Positions 20,401-29,109 of a DNA stretch of 64,000 nt are shown here, in pieces. The notes under the pieces were generated by a model. The model was not told the origin of the DNA. It did no database searches and saw only the letters and a program-made list of their open reading frames with translations. The translations under genes and the position numbers were made by a program. Every line of letters starts with the position of its first letter. Within the stretch, counting starts at the first letter, position 1. Source of the stretch: Vulcanimicrobiota bacterium (GTDB lineage: Bacteria > Vulcanimicrobiota > Vulcanimicrobiia > Vulcanimicrobiales > Vulcanimicrobiaceae); NCBI GenBank assembly GCA_963733295.1, contig CAVTCS010000003.1:832001-896000 (forward strand), given 5' to 3'.

Positions 20401-20689
20401 CGCAACGCCGCGGCTTGCGTTCGAATACCACTTTTTCCCGAACCTCGCGATCATCTGCATCGCGAACGCGATCCTCTTGCAACGCATCTGGAGGCTCGCC
20501 GAGCCCATGCGAGCTAAGTACAGCTGGCCGCGCGTCGTGGTGGGGACGTATCTCGCGGCGGTACTGATCGCCTTCGTCTTCTGGTATCCGGTCGTCGCGG
20601 GAACTCCGCTGACGTACAACGCGTGGTCGGCCCGGATGTTGACCGGGCTCGAGGGCAACAACTGGATCAACCCGCATCCGGGAAGCTAA
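17405..20689 (+). CDS. Lipid-carrier-dependent glycosyltransferase with two GT-C modules (N-terminal GT87/PIG-M-like, C-terminal PMT/GT39-like)
   Basis: N-terminal DYPPGY, WGQVDS, RMHERY; C-terminal FDEIYY, HPPLTK, QSRIA, KWNG, HPYSSEWWQWP; more than 20 TM segments. Confidence 0.85.
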   Translation: MRSAVRTAGAALERADRSALSETLILGGILFAGFLIRLVFIHADGFKNDVGTFEAWALTLAEHPMREFYDKAGFADYPPGYFFVLWGVGHVYKLVVHAGGDPGYGLLKIFVKLPAILMDLVDGYLIFAIVRRFASLSWAFAAMALFVFNPAVIFISAYWGQVDSVAAGVTLAALLFIVNADRASRTVLALYVVLAWLALAYSILIKPPAIVIIPLLLAFPFATRDGAIRVARLRATGLGILAALVMSYDVAIAFHPALSPIVEFRWLYDRYAYASGVYAYSSVNAFNIYALVHHFWEPDTQLVPDWQLFDRHIGLPQFVWGILLLLVAVGLVVSRYVQRREIVALLEGAMILSLGYFVLSTRMHERYIFNAVALAVPLVFYRRRYLYATFILSATLLGNLIYSLDYLYVMDAKIQGVDAGNLMPFLSHPASFANVIAFFYLGYVFLGSGSDVLDRVDLGGLTARAGESVRRWFAPLEGLSVMSVRDWTIAGALTAGSFVLTFVNYWFPAEKIFDEIYYARAGEEYLQHREIFEFTHPPLTKLIITLSMMLFGGMHGLGDTSWGWRFMNLVVGALMVLVLYCLAKRILGSTIFATIAAGFMLFDGFHFAQSRIATPEITVAFFSLTTLYAFYRYWIASQVRVAPRFEKAALGPGFVALGVLSVLALVLTYAVAGSQTTAARIVAFLYFELAGYLAIRVFLPRFMKPPPLTSYADGSIVVAGALETPDGGVVPAGSQAIVPGETTRVEKGKLAYVDAPLRIEYARGGAERYSTPEGEAVFAPEGTMQTGGLKVTASDSRLWFWLLSISAGCLAACKWNGLFDFFVVWLLVAVVVAQPYWSALLRGMGRPAEFRPAFLGNPRGFSLDVVVGTMLLVGATIYVLSYIPYFTLGHGLGDLVGLQNGMYWYHHNLKATHPYSSEWWQWPLLQIPVSYYYHDYRTGAALADGTKCCVGEILALPNPVVWWLGLLSVPFVGWLAWRERSKGYILLIAAYFIQWLPWIATPRLAFEYHFFPNLAIICIANAILLQRIWRLAEPMRAKYSWPRVVVGTYLAAVLIAFVFWYPVVAGTPLTYNAWSARMLTGLEGNNWINPHPGS

Positions 20690-20700
20690 CGGGAGCCGCG

Positions 20701-21453
20701 ATGTCCGGTCATTCCAAGTGGCACAACATCAAACTTCGCAAGGGAAAAGCCGATGCACAGCGCGGCGCGCTCTTCACCAAGCTCTCGAAGGAGATCATCC
20801 TCGCCGCCAAGAGCGGATCGCCCGATCCTGAAGCCAACTATCGCCTGAAGATGGCGGTCGAGAAAGCTCGCGAGAACAACGTTCCGCAGGACAACATCAA
20901 ACGGGCCATCGCGCGAGCGGGCGGCGCCGACGGGGCGAAAGAGATCGAGGAGATCCGGTACGAAGGATACGGTCCGGCGGGAGTGGCGATCGTCGTCGAC
21001 GCGGCGACCGATAACCGCAATCGCACCGCTGCCGAGCTGCGCTTTCTCTTTAGCCGGCACGGCGGGGCGCTTGGTGAATCGGGGAGCGTGGCTTGGATCT
21101 TCGAAGTGCGAGGGCTGATCGAAGTCGAAAACGGAACGTTCGACGAGGACGCATTGACCGAAGCGGCGCTGGTCGAGGGTGTCGTCGACGTTCATTACGG
21201 CAGCGATGAGGACCGTTCCGAAATCGTCACCGAACCGGCGGCCCTGGCCGCGGTGCGCGAGAGCTTGAGCGCCGCGGGGCTGCGGGTTCGCTCGATGGTG
21301 CTGGGAGTCGAGCCGCGCCAAAGCGTGGCGCCGGCCGGCGAGGAGCTGCGCGATGTCGTCGGCTTACTCGAGGCGCTGGAAGAACACGAAGACGTCGTGC
21401 GGGTGTATTCGAATGCGGAGTTCAACCTCGCGCAGCTCGAAGCGCTCGCGTAG
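20701..21453 (+). CDS. yebC: YebC/PmpR (TACO1) family protein
   Basis: MSGHSKWHNIK, YEGYGPAG, TDNRNRT. Confidence 0.96.
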   Translation: MSGHSKWHNIKLRKGKADAQRGALFTKLSKEIILAAKSGSPDPEANYRLKMAVEKARENNVPQDNIKRAIARAGGADGAKEIEEIRYEGYGPAGVAIVVDAATDNRNRTAAELRFLFSRHGGALGESGSVAWIFEVRGLIEVENGTFDEDALTEAALVEGVVDVHYGSDEDRSEIVTEPAALAAVRESLSAAGLRVRSMVLGVEPRQSVAPAGEELRDVVGLLEALEEHEDVVRVYSNAEFNLAQLEALA

Positions 21454-21454
21454 T

Positions 21455-22546
21455 GTGACCTCCGATGCCGCTCGCGCACCGGCCGTGCGGCGTCGAGGTT
21501 GGTGGTACGAACGCGATTGGTTTTTTGCCGTCGCGCTGGCCACGTTCGTCGGCACGACGGTCTGGTTCGGCGGCGCCATCCGCGACTTCTTCGCCCCGGC
21601 TTCGACCTCTATCACCGTGCCCGCGCTCACGGGACAAACCTCGGCCGATGCGGTCGCTTCGGCCGAACGCGCCAAACTTCGCGCCGTAATCGTCGAGCGC
21701 GCCGCCAGCGACCGCTATCCGGCCGACGTCGTGATGCGCCAGGATCCGTCGGCAGGCACCGAAGTGCGCGCCGGCAGGCAGATATCCTTAGCGGTCTCGA
21801 CGGGACTGCAAATATTTTCGATGCCGGACCTGCGCTACGAGGATTTGCGTGAAGTCAACCTCGACCTCGCGCACGACAAGTTGCAACTCGGCAAAGTGAA
21901 GACCGTTGCGAGCGACGAGGTTCCCGCCAACCGCGTCGTCGCACAAGATCCGGTACCGTTGACGGCCGTCCGGGTCGGAACCGTCGTCAACGTCGACTTC
22001 TCGAAGGGCGGGCCGCCCGCAATCAAGGTGCCGGCCTTCAAGGGCATGTCGATCGAGTCGGCGCGCGACCTCGCGGCGCGCGCGCACGTCGTGCTGGGAC
22101 AGATCGTGTGGACGCCGTTCGGGGAAGGCGGCCCGGCGCACGGGATCGTCGTTCGTCAAAACCCCGACGCGAACGCATCGATCGACCCGTCGCAGGCCGT
22201 CTCGTTGCAAGTGAGCGCCGGACCCGGCGTCGCCGGCTACATCGTGCGGCAAGTCCACGCCGTCGCGACCGTGCCCAGTCCGCAGGACGGGAGCGAGCGT
22301 GCGCAGCGAGTCCGAATCGAGGTCCGCGATGAAACGGGCCGCTGGAACGTCTACGACGCTTACGCCCAGCCGAAGCAGAAGCTCGACTTCAACCTGACCG
22401 TCGTGGGAACGAGCGAACTCGACGTCTACGTGGACAACGAGTTGATCAGCTCGACGAAGCTCGGCGTCGAGCCCTCCGATCGGCGGCATTCGAAAGGCGG
22501 CGGCGCGCCGGGCGACAATGGAGCTTCCACAGGAGGTAACCGCTGA
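21455..22546 (+). CDS. Membrane-anchored protein with 3 PASTA domains and a C-terminal PrkC-type beta domain, no kinase domain
   Basis: Short N-terminus, TM helix, repeats VPALTG / MPDLRY / VPAFKG each with QDP/QNP; C-terminal beta domain. Confidence 0.85.
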   Translation: MTSDAARAPAVRRRGWWYERDWFFAVALATFVGTTVWFGGAIRDFFAPASTSITVPALTGQTSADAVASAERAKLRAVIVERAASDRYPADVVMRQDPSAGTEVRAGRQISLAVSTGLQIFSMPDLRYEDLREVNLDLAHDKLQLGKVKTVASDEVPANRVVAQDPVPLTAVRVGTVVNVDFSKGGPPAIKVPAFKGMSIESARDLAARAHVVLGQIVWTPFGEGGPAHGIVVRQNPDANASIDPSQAVSLQVSAGPGVAGYIVRQVHAVATVPSPQDGSERAQRVRIEVRDETGRWNVYDAYAQPKQKLDFNLTVVGTSELDVYVDNELISSTKLGVEPSDRRHSKGGGAPGDNGASTGGNR

Positions 22547-23220
22547 TGCGAATCGCGCCTTCGTTACTCTCCGCCGACTTTGCCCGCATCGCCGAGCAGA
22601 TCGCGATGGTTGAGGCCGCCGGAGCCGACTATTTGCACCTCGACATCATGGACGGCCGCTTCGTCCCCAACATCACGTGGGGACCGAAGATCATCGGCGA
22701 TCTGCGTCGCCTGTCGCCGCTCACGTTCGACGCGCATTTGATGATCGTCGAACCGGAGCGTTACGTTGAGGCCTTCCGCAAAGCCGGCGCCGACATCATC
22801 ACGGTCCACCAAGAGGCGAGCGTGCACCTCGACCGCACCCTCGCGCAGATCCGCGGGACCGGCGCAAAGGCCGGCGTCGCGCTCAATCCGGCCACTCCCG
22901 TTTCGATGTTGCAGGACGTGATCGGCAGCCTCGACTTGATTTTGATCATGAGCGTCAATCCCGGTTTCGGCGGCCAGTCTTTCATACCGAACTCGCTCAA
23001 GAAAGTGCGCGAGGCGCGCGCCCTGATCGATCGGGGCAACCCCGCGTGCGAGCTCGAGATCGACGGCGGCATCGGACGCGACAACATCGCGAAAGTCGTC
23101 GAAGCCGGCGTCGACGCCATCGTCATGGGTTCCAGCATCTTCGGCGCCCAAGATCCAGCGGCGGAGCTGCGCGCGCTACGCGCGCTGGGCGAACGAGGCG
23201 CCGCGGTGGCCGCCAGCTGA
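22546..23220 (+). CDS. rpe: Ribulose-phosphate 3-epimerase
   Basis: IAPSLLSADF, HLDIMDG, MSVNPGFGGQ, EIDGG. Confidence 0.97.
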   Translation: MRIAPSLLSADFARIAEQIAMVEAAGADYLHLDIMDGRFVPNITWGPKIIGDLRRLSPLTFDAHLMIVEPERYVEAFRKAGADIITVHQEASVHLDRTLAQIRGTGAKAGVALNPATPVSMLQDVIGSLDLILIMSVNPGFGGQSFIPNSLKKVREARALIDRGNPACELEIDGGIGRDNIAKVVEAGVDAIVMGSSIFGAQDPAAELRALRALGERGAAVAAS

Positions 23221-24251
23221 CCGAAGACGCGCTGGTCGCGGCGCTTCGCGCGATCGTCGAAGACGTGCCCGGCACGGCGCCGCGCGTGAGGCTTGGGATC
23301 GGTGACGACGCGGCCGCCTGGAAGCCCTCGCGTTCGCACCTTTCGGTCATCACCACCGACGCGCTCGTCGACGGCGTGCACTTTCTGACCCGAGTTACCG
23401 CCGCTCGCGCGATCGGCCATCGCGCGATGGCCGCGAATCTCAGCGACGTCGCCGCAATGGGCGCTCGTCCGGTGCTCGCGACGGTCGCACTCGGCGTCGC
23501 AGCGGACACGCCGGAAGATTGGATTCTCGAGTGTTACCGCGGAATGGCCGCGCTCGCGGCGCGTCATCGCACGCGCATCGTCGGCGGCGACATCACGCGC
23601 GCCCCGACTGCGATGCTCGCGCTGACCGTGGTCGGCGAGGTCGCGCCAAGCCGCCTCAAGCGGCGCGACGCCGGGAAGCCGGGCGACGTCATCGCGGTGA
23701 CGGGACCGCTCGGAGCGAGCCGCGCCGGACTCGAGATCGTGCGCAACTCACCCGAACTCGAGGCCTTCGTGCGCGCCGCGGCGCTCGCTGCGTACGAAAC
23801 GCCCGAGCCGCGCGTACTCGAGGGCCGCTGGCTCGCCGCCTCGCGCAACGTGCACGCGATGATCGATTCCTCCGACGGTCTCTCGACCGACCTCGCGCGG
23901 CTCGCCACGGCGAGCGGTTGCGGAGCGACGATCGCCGAGCTTGCGGTGCATCCCGCCGCCGAAGCCGTCGCGCGCGCGCTGGGCGACGACGCGCGCGAGT
24001 ACGCGCTCCACGGCGGCGAGGATTTCGAGCTGATCGTCGCCGTCGCGCCGCGAGCCTTCGCCTATCTCGCGAAGCGTTTCGAAGGTCGCTTCGGTCGTCC
24101 GCTGCTTGCGGTAGGCCGCCTCGACGGCGCGCCCGGATTACGCCTCCGCGAGCGCAATGCCGAGCGCGAGCTGATTGCCGCCGGTTACGATCATCTGCTT
24201 CGCGCAGACACGGCGCGCGCCGCGTCGAGCGGCAGGGCCGGAACGCGCTAG
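23217..24251 (+). CDS. thiL: Thiamine-monophosphate kinase
   Basis: GIGDDAA, DGVHF, NLSDVAAMG, GGD, DSSDGL, GGEDFEL, GYDH; probable CTG start overlapping the rpe stop. Confidence 0.93.
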   Translation: MTEDALVAALRAIVEDVPGTAPRVRLGIGDDAAAWKPSRSHLSVITTDALVDGVHFLTRVTAARAIGHRAMAANLSDVAAMGARPVLATVALGVAADTPEDWILECYRGMAALAARHRTRIVGGDITRAPTAMLALTVVGEVAPSRLKRRDAGKPGDVIAVTGPLGASRAGLEIVRNSPELEAFVRAAALAAYETPEPRVLEGRWLAASRNVHAMIDSSDGLSTDLARLATASGCGATIAELAVHPAAEAVARALGDDAREYALHGGEDFELIVAVAPRAFAYLAKRFEGRFGRPLLAVGRLDGAPGLRLRERNAERELIAAGYDHLLRADTARAASSGRAGTR

Positions 24252-24253
24252 AG

Positions 24254-24445
24254 CTAGCCGGCTCGCTTGACCCGGCGCGAGCGGATGCATTGGGTGCAGA
24301 CCCGCAGGGTCCGGTGCGTCCCGCGTTCGTCGACCTTGACCGGCTGGAGGTTGGGCAGCCAGCGGCGCTTGGTCTTGTTCATGGCGTGGCTCACGTTGTT
24401 GCCGGCCATCGGACCCTTCCCGCAAACGTCGCAGCGCTTCGCCAT
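24254..24445 (-). CDS. rpmB: 50S ribosomal protein L28
   Basis: [10 protein letters not shown]...GNNVSHA...RRWLPNLQ...CTQC. Confidence 0.96.
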   Translation of the reverse strand: MAKRCDVCGKGPMAGNNVSHAMNKTKRRWLPNLQPVKVDERGTHRTLRVCTQCIRSRRVKRAG

Positions 24446-24509
24446 CGTCCCCGTATCCTTCAAAAATGTAGAGCAGGCACGCCGGAGGCCGGCGCGCGAC
24501 AACTTCCGG

Positions 24510-24538
24510 AGTATACACGAGGCCGCCCCCGAGCGCAA
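24510..24538 (-). promoter_or_regulatory. Sigma70/SigA-type promoter of rpmB
   Basis: TTGCGC-N17-TATACT on minus strand. Confidence 0.7.
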
Positions 24539-24562
24539 CGCTCGCCGCCGTCCCCCTGGCAA

Positions 24563-24587
24563 AGGAGCCCGGGGTGAGCGCTCGTAA
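24563..24587 (+). promoter_or_regulatory. SigH-like promoter candidate for the plsX operon
   Basis: AGGA-N17-GTAA, 11 nt before the start codon; motif recurs at several genes. Confidence 0.5.
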
Positions 24588-24598
24588 CAAGGGCGGGC

Positions 24599-25663
24599 GT
24601 GGCCAGTGCTGTCGACGTCCCCGGACTTTTGGATGGAGCCGCGCGCACGCCACGCATCGCGATCGACGCGATGGGCGGAGATAACGCACCCGAAGAGATC
24701 GTCGCCGGCGCCGTTCTAGCGCAGCGGGCCGGGCTCGGCGACATGATTCTGGTCGGTGACGAGAAGCGCATCCGGCCGCTCCTCCAGCACCACAAGACGG
24801 GCGGAATCGAGGTCGTCCACGCGTCGGGTGTCATCGCCATGGACGCAAACCCCTCGCAAGCGCTGCGCGCCAGCGACGATACCTCGCTCGGCATAGCCGT
24901 CGACCTCGTTCGCGACGGCAAGGCCGACGCGGTCGTATCGGCCGGCAATAGCGGCGCATTTCTCGCGATCGCGCTGATCCGGCTGCGCACGATTCCCGGA
25001 ATCGCCCGGCCCGCGATCGCGGTCGTCTTTCCGGCGCGGAAGGGTCCGGTCATTCTGCTCGACTCAGGCGCGAACGTCGACTGCCGTCCCGAATGGTTCG
25101 CGCAATTCGGCGTGATGGGAAGCGCATACGCGCGCGCCGTGCTCGACATTCCGAACCCGAAGGTGGGCATCATCTCGGTCGGTGAGGAGCGCGTCAAGGG
25201 GAACGCCCAGACGATCGAAGCGGCTCGCTGCCTCGAGGAAGCTCCGGTCAACTTTATCGGCAACGTTGAGGGCAAGGACGTGTTCGTCAACGTCGCCGAC
25301 GTCTACGTCACCGACGGTTTCGTAGGTAACGTCATGCTCAAGCTGAGCGAAGGCGTGGCGCAGTTCATCACCGAGATCGTGGCGGGCGAATTCCGCGCGG
25401 GCGGCCTGGTCGTGAAGCTCGGTGCGCTCCTCGCGCGCCCCGCGCTGCGCCGCATTCGCGCCAAGCTGAGCTACGACAGCTACGGCGGCGCGCCGCTCCT
25501 CGGCTTGCGCGGGAACTGCATCGTCGCGCACGGGCGCGCCAACCGGCACGCGATCGCGAGCGCGGTGCGCGCGGCCGTCGCCGAAGTGCGCGAAGACGTC
25601 GTAGGACGCATCGGCGAACTGGTCGCGACGAGCGAGGCCGCCGGCGAGGTCAAGCGCGCGTAA
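24599..25663 (+). CDS. plsX: Phosphate acyltransferase PlsX
   Basis: [38 protein letters not shown]. Confidence 0.96.
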   Translation: MASAVDVPGLLDGAARTPRIAIDAMGGDNAPEEIVAGAVLAQRAGLGDMILVGDEKRIRPLLQHHKTGGIEVVHASGVIAMDANPSQALRASDDTSLGIAVDLVRDGKADAVVSAGNSGAFLAIALIRLRTIPGIARPAIAVVFPARKGPVILLDSGANVDCRPEWFAQFGVMGSAYARAVLDIPNPKVGIISVGEERVKGNAQTIEAARCLEEAPVNFIGNVEGKDVFVNVADVYVTDGFVGNVMLKLSEGVAQFITEIVAGEFRAGGLVVKLGALLARPALRRIRAKLSYDSYGGAPLLGLRGNCIVAHGRANRHAIASAVRAAVAEVREDVVGRIGELVATSEAAGEVKRA

Positions 25664-25668
25664 CGCAC

Positions 25669-26799
25669 GTGGCGAACCCGAGTCTTTACGTCCACCTCCC
25701 GTTTTGCCCGTACATCTGCCCGTACTGCGACTTTGCCAAGTGGCCGCTCTCGCGAAGCCGCGCCGCGCGCTACCTGAGCGCGCTCGAATGCGAGATCGAG
25801 CGCGCCCCGAAGTTCGCGGCAGCCACGGTGTTTCTCGGCGGCGGTACGCCCAACGCCTACGAGCCGGGCGTCGTCGCTGCGCTCGTCGAGCGCTTGCGCC
25901 GCAGCTTTGCGGTTCCGTCCGGCGTCGAGATCTCAGCCGAGGCGAATCCGGATGCCGGACTCTGCGCGAGTTTCGCGGAGTATCGCGCGGCCGGCGTTAA
26001 CCGGCTCTCGTTCGGCGTACAGTCTTTCGTCGAAGAAGAGTTGCGCGTGCTGGGCCGGCGCCATTCGCCGGACGACGTCGCGCAAGCGGTCGCGCGGGCG
26101 CGCGCGGACGGTTTCGGCAACCTCTCGCTAGATCTGATCTTCGGCATTCCCGGACAGAGCCCCGAAAGCTGGCAGCGCTCGCTCGACGCAGCGCTGGCAC
26201 TCGAACCCCAGCACGTCTCGACCTACGGCTTAACCGTCGAGGCCGGAACGCCGTTCGCACTCTGGCAGGCGCGCGAGCCGGGCGCCTTTCCGCGCGACGA
26301 CCTCGAAGCCGAACTCTACGGACTCGCCATCGACACCCTCGAGGCCGCCGGTTATCAGCAGTACGAGATCAGCAACTTCGCGCGGCCCGGTTTCCGCTGC
26401 GTACACAACGAAAACTATTGGGCGAACGGCGAGTATCTGGGAATCGGAGTCGGTGCGGCCTCGTTCCTGGGGGGAGTGCGCTCGACGCACACGCGGGATC
26501 TCGACGCGTACGTCGCCGCTGCGAGCGGGGCCGGCGCGATTCCCGGAGAGAGCGAGCGCCTCGAAGGCCCGGCGCGCCTCGGCGAGGCGGCGATGCTCGC
26601 TCTGCGGACGCGCCAGGGGGTAGATATCGCGACCTTTGCGGAACGGTATGGAGTCGATGTGCTGGCTTATTACGAACCGGTTTTGTCCGAAATGACCGCC
26701 GCAGGAATGCTCGAGGTCGGAACCTCCCAGGTAAGGCTGACGCGGCGCGGCCGCTTTTTGGCGAACGACGTCTGCGCCGCCTTCGTGAACTTCGCATGA
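25669..26799 (+). CDS. hemW: Radical SAM heme chaperone HemW
   Basis: LYVHLPFCPYICPYCDF, GGGTP, YEISNF, HNENYW. Confidence 0.92.
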   Translation: MANPSLYVHLPFCPYICPYCDFAKWPLSRSRAARYLSALECEIERAPKFAAATVFLGGGTPNAYEPGVVAALVERLRRSFAVPSGVEISAEANPDAGLCASFAEYRAAGVNRLSFGVQSFVEEELRVLGRRHSPDDVAQAVARARADGFGNLSLDLIFGIPGQSPESWQRSLDAALALEPQHVSTYGLTVEAGTPFALWQAREPGAFPRDDLEAELYGLAIDTLEAAGYQQYEISNFARPGFRCVHNENYWANGEYLGIGVGAASFLGGVRSTHTRDLDAYVAAASGAGAIPGESERLEGPARLGEAAMLALRTRQGVDIATFAERYGVDVLAYYEPVLSEMTAAGMLEVGTSQVRLTRRGRFLANDVCAAFVNFA

Positions 26800-27899
26800 G
26801 CGCCGCGATGTCGACGACGATGCTGCGCGTCTTCTTCATGCTGGTCTTCGCGACCGCCGGCTTCTTGCTGGGACGCGAAGCCTACACCCACATGATCTCG
26901 CTGCACGTCGCGAGCCAAATTTGGCTGATCGGCCTGACGATCGTCGTGCCGGTAGTCGGCGCCGTCATGGGGCTCTTCATCGCACCTTTCGCGCAGACTG
27001 CGTTCGAGAGCCTGTTGAGCGACGTCGAGCACGGTATGGAGAATCTCGCTCAAGGACAGCTCGTCGGCGGCGCGATCGGACTGATCGCCGGCCTGATCGT
27101 CGCGTTCCTCATCAAGAGCGTGCTCTTCGATTTCATCGCCAACGTGGGAACGGCCGGGACCTACGTCGCGATCGTGCTCTACATTCTGCTCAGCATCTTC
27201 ATCGCATACTTGGGCGCGCGCATCGGCGCGAAACAGCATTTCGGTTCGCTTCCTCAGAGCGCGCGGGCCGCGCTCCAAAGCCCCGGCGCGGTGCCGAAAT
27301 TGATCGATACGTCGGTCATCGTCGACGGGCGCGTCCTCGAGATCGTGCAGAGCGGTTTCCTCGAGGGCCCGCTCGTCTTGCCGCGCTTCGTCCTGCGGGA
27401 GCTGCAGCTGATCGCCGACTCGCTCGATCCGATGAAGCGCACGCGGGGGCGCCGGGGCCTAGAAGTTCTCTCGAAACTGCAAGAGCTGGCGCCGCTCGAA
27501 ATCGCCGAGCGCGACTACGACGACGTCGGCGGATCGGTCGATGCGAAACTCGTGCGCCTTGCTCTCGAGCGGAGCGCCAAGCTCGTCACGAACGACTACA
27601 ATCTCAACCGCGTCGCGCAACTCGAAGGCGTCGTCGTTCTGAACGTCAACGAGCTCGCGGGTGCCGTGAAGCCGGTGGTGCTGCCGGGAGAAGAGCTTCA
27701 CGTCGCCATCGTGCGCGACGGGAAAGAAGCTCATCAAGGCGTCGGCTACCTCGACGACGGAACGATGATCGTCGTCGAAAATGGGCGCCGGCTGATCGGG
27801 GAAGACACCGACGTTCAAGTGACCAGCGTCCTGCAGACGGTCGCCGGCCGCATGATCTTCGCGAAGATCAAACGGCCGTCGCATGTCGGTAACGGGTAA
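26796..27899 (+). CDS. yacL: Membrane PIN/TRAM domain protein (YacL family)
   Basis: 4 TM segments, DTSVIVDGR, RGRRGL, TNDYNLN, QGVGYLDDGTMIVVE, SVLQTVAGRMIF. Confidence 0.92.
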   Translation: MSAAMSTTMLRVFFMLVFATAGFLLGREAYTHMISLHVASQIWLIGLTIVVPVVGAVMGLFIAPFAQTAFESLLSDVEHGMENLAQGQLVGGAIGLIAGLIVAFLIKSVLFDFIANVGTAGTYVAIVLYILLSIFIAYLGARIGAKQHFGSLPQSARAALQSPGAVPKLIDTSVIVDGRVLEIVQSGFLEGPLVLPRFVLRELQLIADSLDPMKRTRGRRGLEVLSKLQELAPLEIAERDYDDVGGSVDAKLVRLALERSAKLVTNDYNLNRVAQLEGVVVLNVNELAGAVKPVVLPGEELHVAIVRDGKEAHQGVGYLDDGTMIVVENGRRLIGEDTDVQVTSVLQTVAGRMIFAKIKRPSHVGNG

Positions 27900-27904
27900 G
27901 CGCA

Positions 27905-28618
27905 ATGCCGGGTGGGCTCAAGTTTTGCGGCATCATCGTCGCCGCGGGGCGCGGCGTGCGCTTCGGACGGCCCAAGCAACTCGTTGAGGTTGCGGGGCGC
28001 CCGCTGATCGCTTGGTCGATCGCGGTCTTCGGGGCGATGCGCGAAATCGACGACCTCGTCATCGCGACCGAACCGGAGCACGTCGAGGGCATGCAGCGTT
28101 TGGCCGCGACCTGGGCGCAGCGTCTCTCGACGAGCGTGATCGCCGGCGGGGCGACGCGGCAGGGGAGCGTTCGGGCCGGGTTGGCGGCGGTTCCGGCGAG
28201 TTGCGACGCCGTGTTCGTACACGACGGTGCCCGTCCGCTCGTGCAGGTCGACGACGTGCGCAGCGGCATGGCGCTCGTGAAGCCGGGCGTCGCTTCGCTG
28301 CTGGCGGCGCCGGTCGTCGACACGATCAAGGTCGTCGCGCCCGGCGGCCGCGCCGTCGCGCGCACGCTCGACCGCAAGGAGCTTTGGGCCGCCCAGACGC
28401 CGCAGTTCGCGACGGTCGCAGACCTTCGGCGCGCTCACGAAGCGGCGCAGTGGGAACAAATCGAGGCGACCGACGACGCCGCACTGCTCGAGCGAATCGG
28501 TGTCGAAGTTTTGGTCGTACCCGCGAGCGGCGACAACTTTAAGGTAACGCTGCGCGGCGATCGCGATTTGGCCGAAACGATCCTGCGCGAGCGTTCGTCG
28601 CTCGTGCCCAAACGGTGA
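27905..28618 (+). CDS. ispD: 2-C-methyl-D-erythritol 4-phosphate cytidylyltransferase
   Basis: AAGRGVRF, PKQ, HDGARP, AQTPQ, TDD, NFKVT. Confidence 0.95.
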   Translation: MPGGLKFCGIIVAAGRGVRFGRPKQLVEVAGRPLIAWSIAVFGAMREIDDLVIATEPEHVEGMQRLAATWAQRLSTSVIAGGATRQGSVRAGLAAVPASCDAVFVHDGARPLVQVDDVRSGMALVKPGVASLLAAPVVDTIKVVAPGGRAVARTLDRKELWAAQTPQFATVADLRRAHEAAQWEQIEATDDAALLERIGVEVLVVPASGDNFKVTLRGDRDLAETILRERSSLVPKR

Positions 28619-29109
28619 GCGCGCGCGTCGGCCACGGTTTCGACGTGCACCGTCTCGTCGAGGGGCGCCCGTTCATCTTGGGCGGCGTTCGTATACCCTT
28701 CGAGCGGGGCCCGCTCGGCCATTCGGATGCCGACGTCCTCGCGCACGCGATCGCCGACGCAATCCTGGGCGGTTGCGCGCTGGGCGACCTGGGTGCCCAT
28801 TTTCCGGATGACGATCCGCGCTGGAAGGACGCCGACTCGATGCACCTGCTCGAGGAAAGCGCCCGCCTGGCGCGTGAGTCCGGTTACGAAGTCGGTAACG
28901 TGGACGCGACGGTCGTGGTGCAGGCCCCTAAACTGGCGGCCCACTTGCCCGCGATCAGGGCCAGGCTCGCCGAGGTCTTGCGCATCGATTTGGACGCGGT
29001 TAGTGTCAAAGCTAAGACGAGCGAAGGCTTGGGGTATACCGGCGATGGGACGGGAATCGCCGCCTACGCCGTGGCCGGGCTCAACCGCTCGAGCGTGCCG
29101 CAAAAGTGA
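28615..29109 (+). CDS. ispF: 2-C-methyl-D-erythritol 2,4-cyclodiphosphate synthase
   Basis: GHGFDVH, HSDADVLAHA, KAKTSEGLG. Confidence 0.96.
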   Translation: MSARVGHGFDVHRLVEGRPFILGGVRIPFERGPLGHSDADVLAHAIADAILGGCALGDLGAHFPDDDPRWKDADSMHLLEESARLARESGYEVGNVDATVVVQAPKLAAHLPAIRARLAEVLRIDLDAVSVKAKTSEGLGYTGDGTGIAAYAVAGLNRSSVPQK

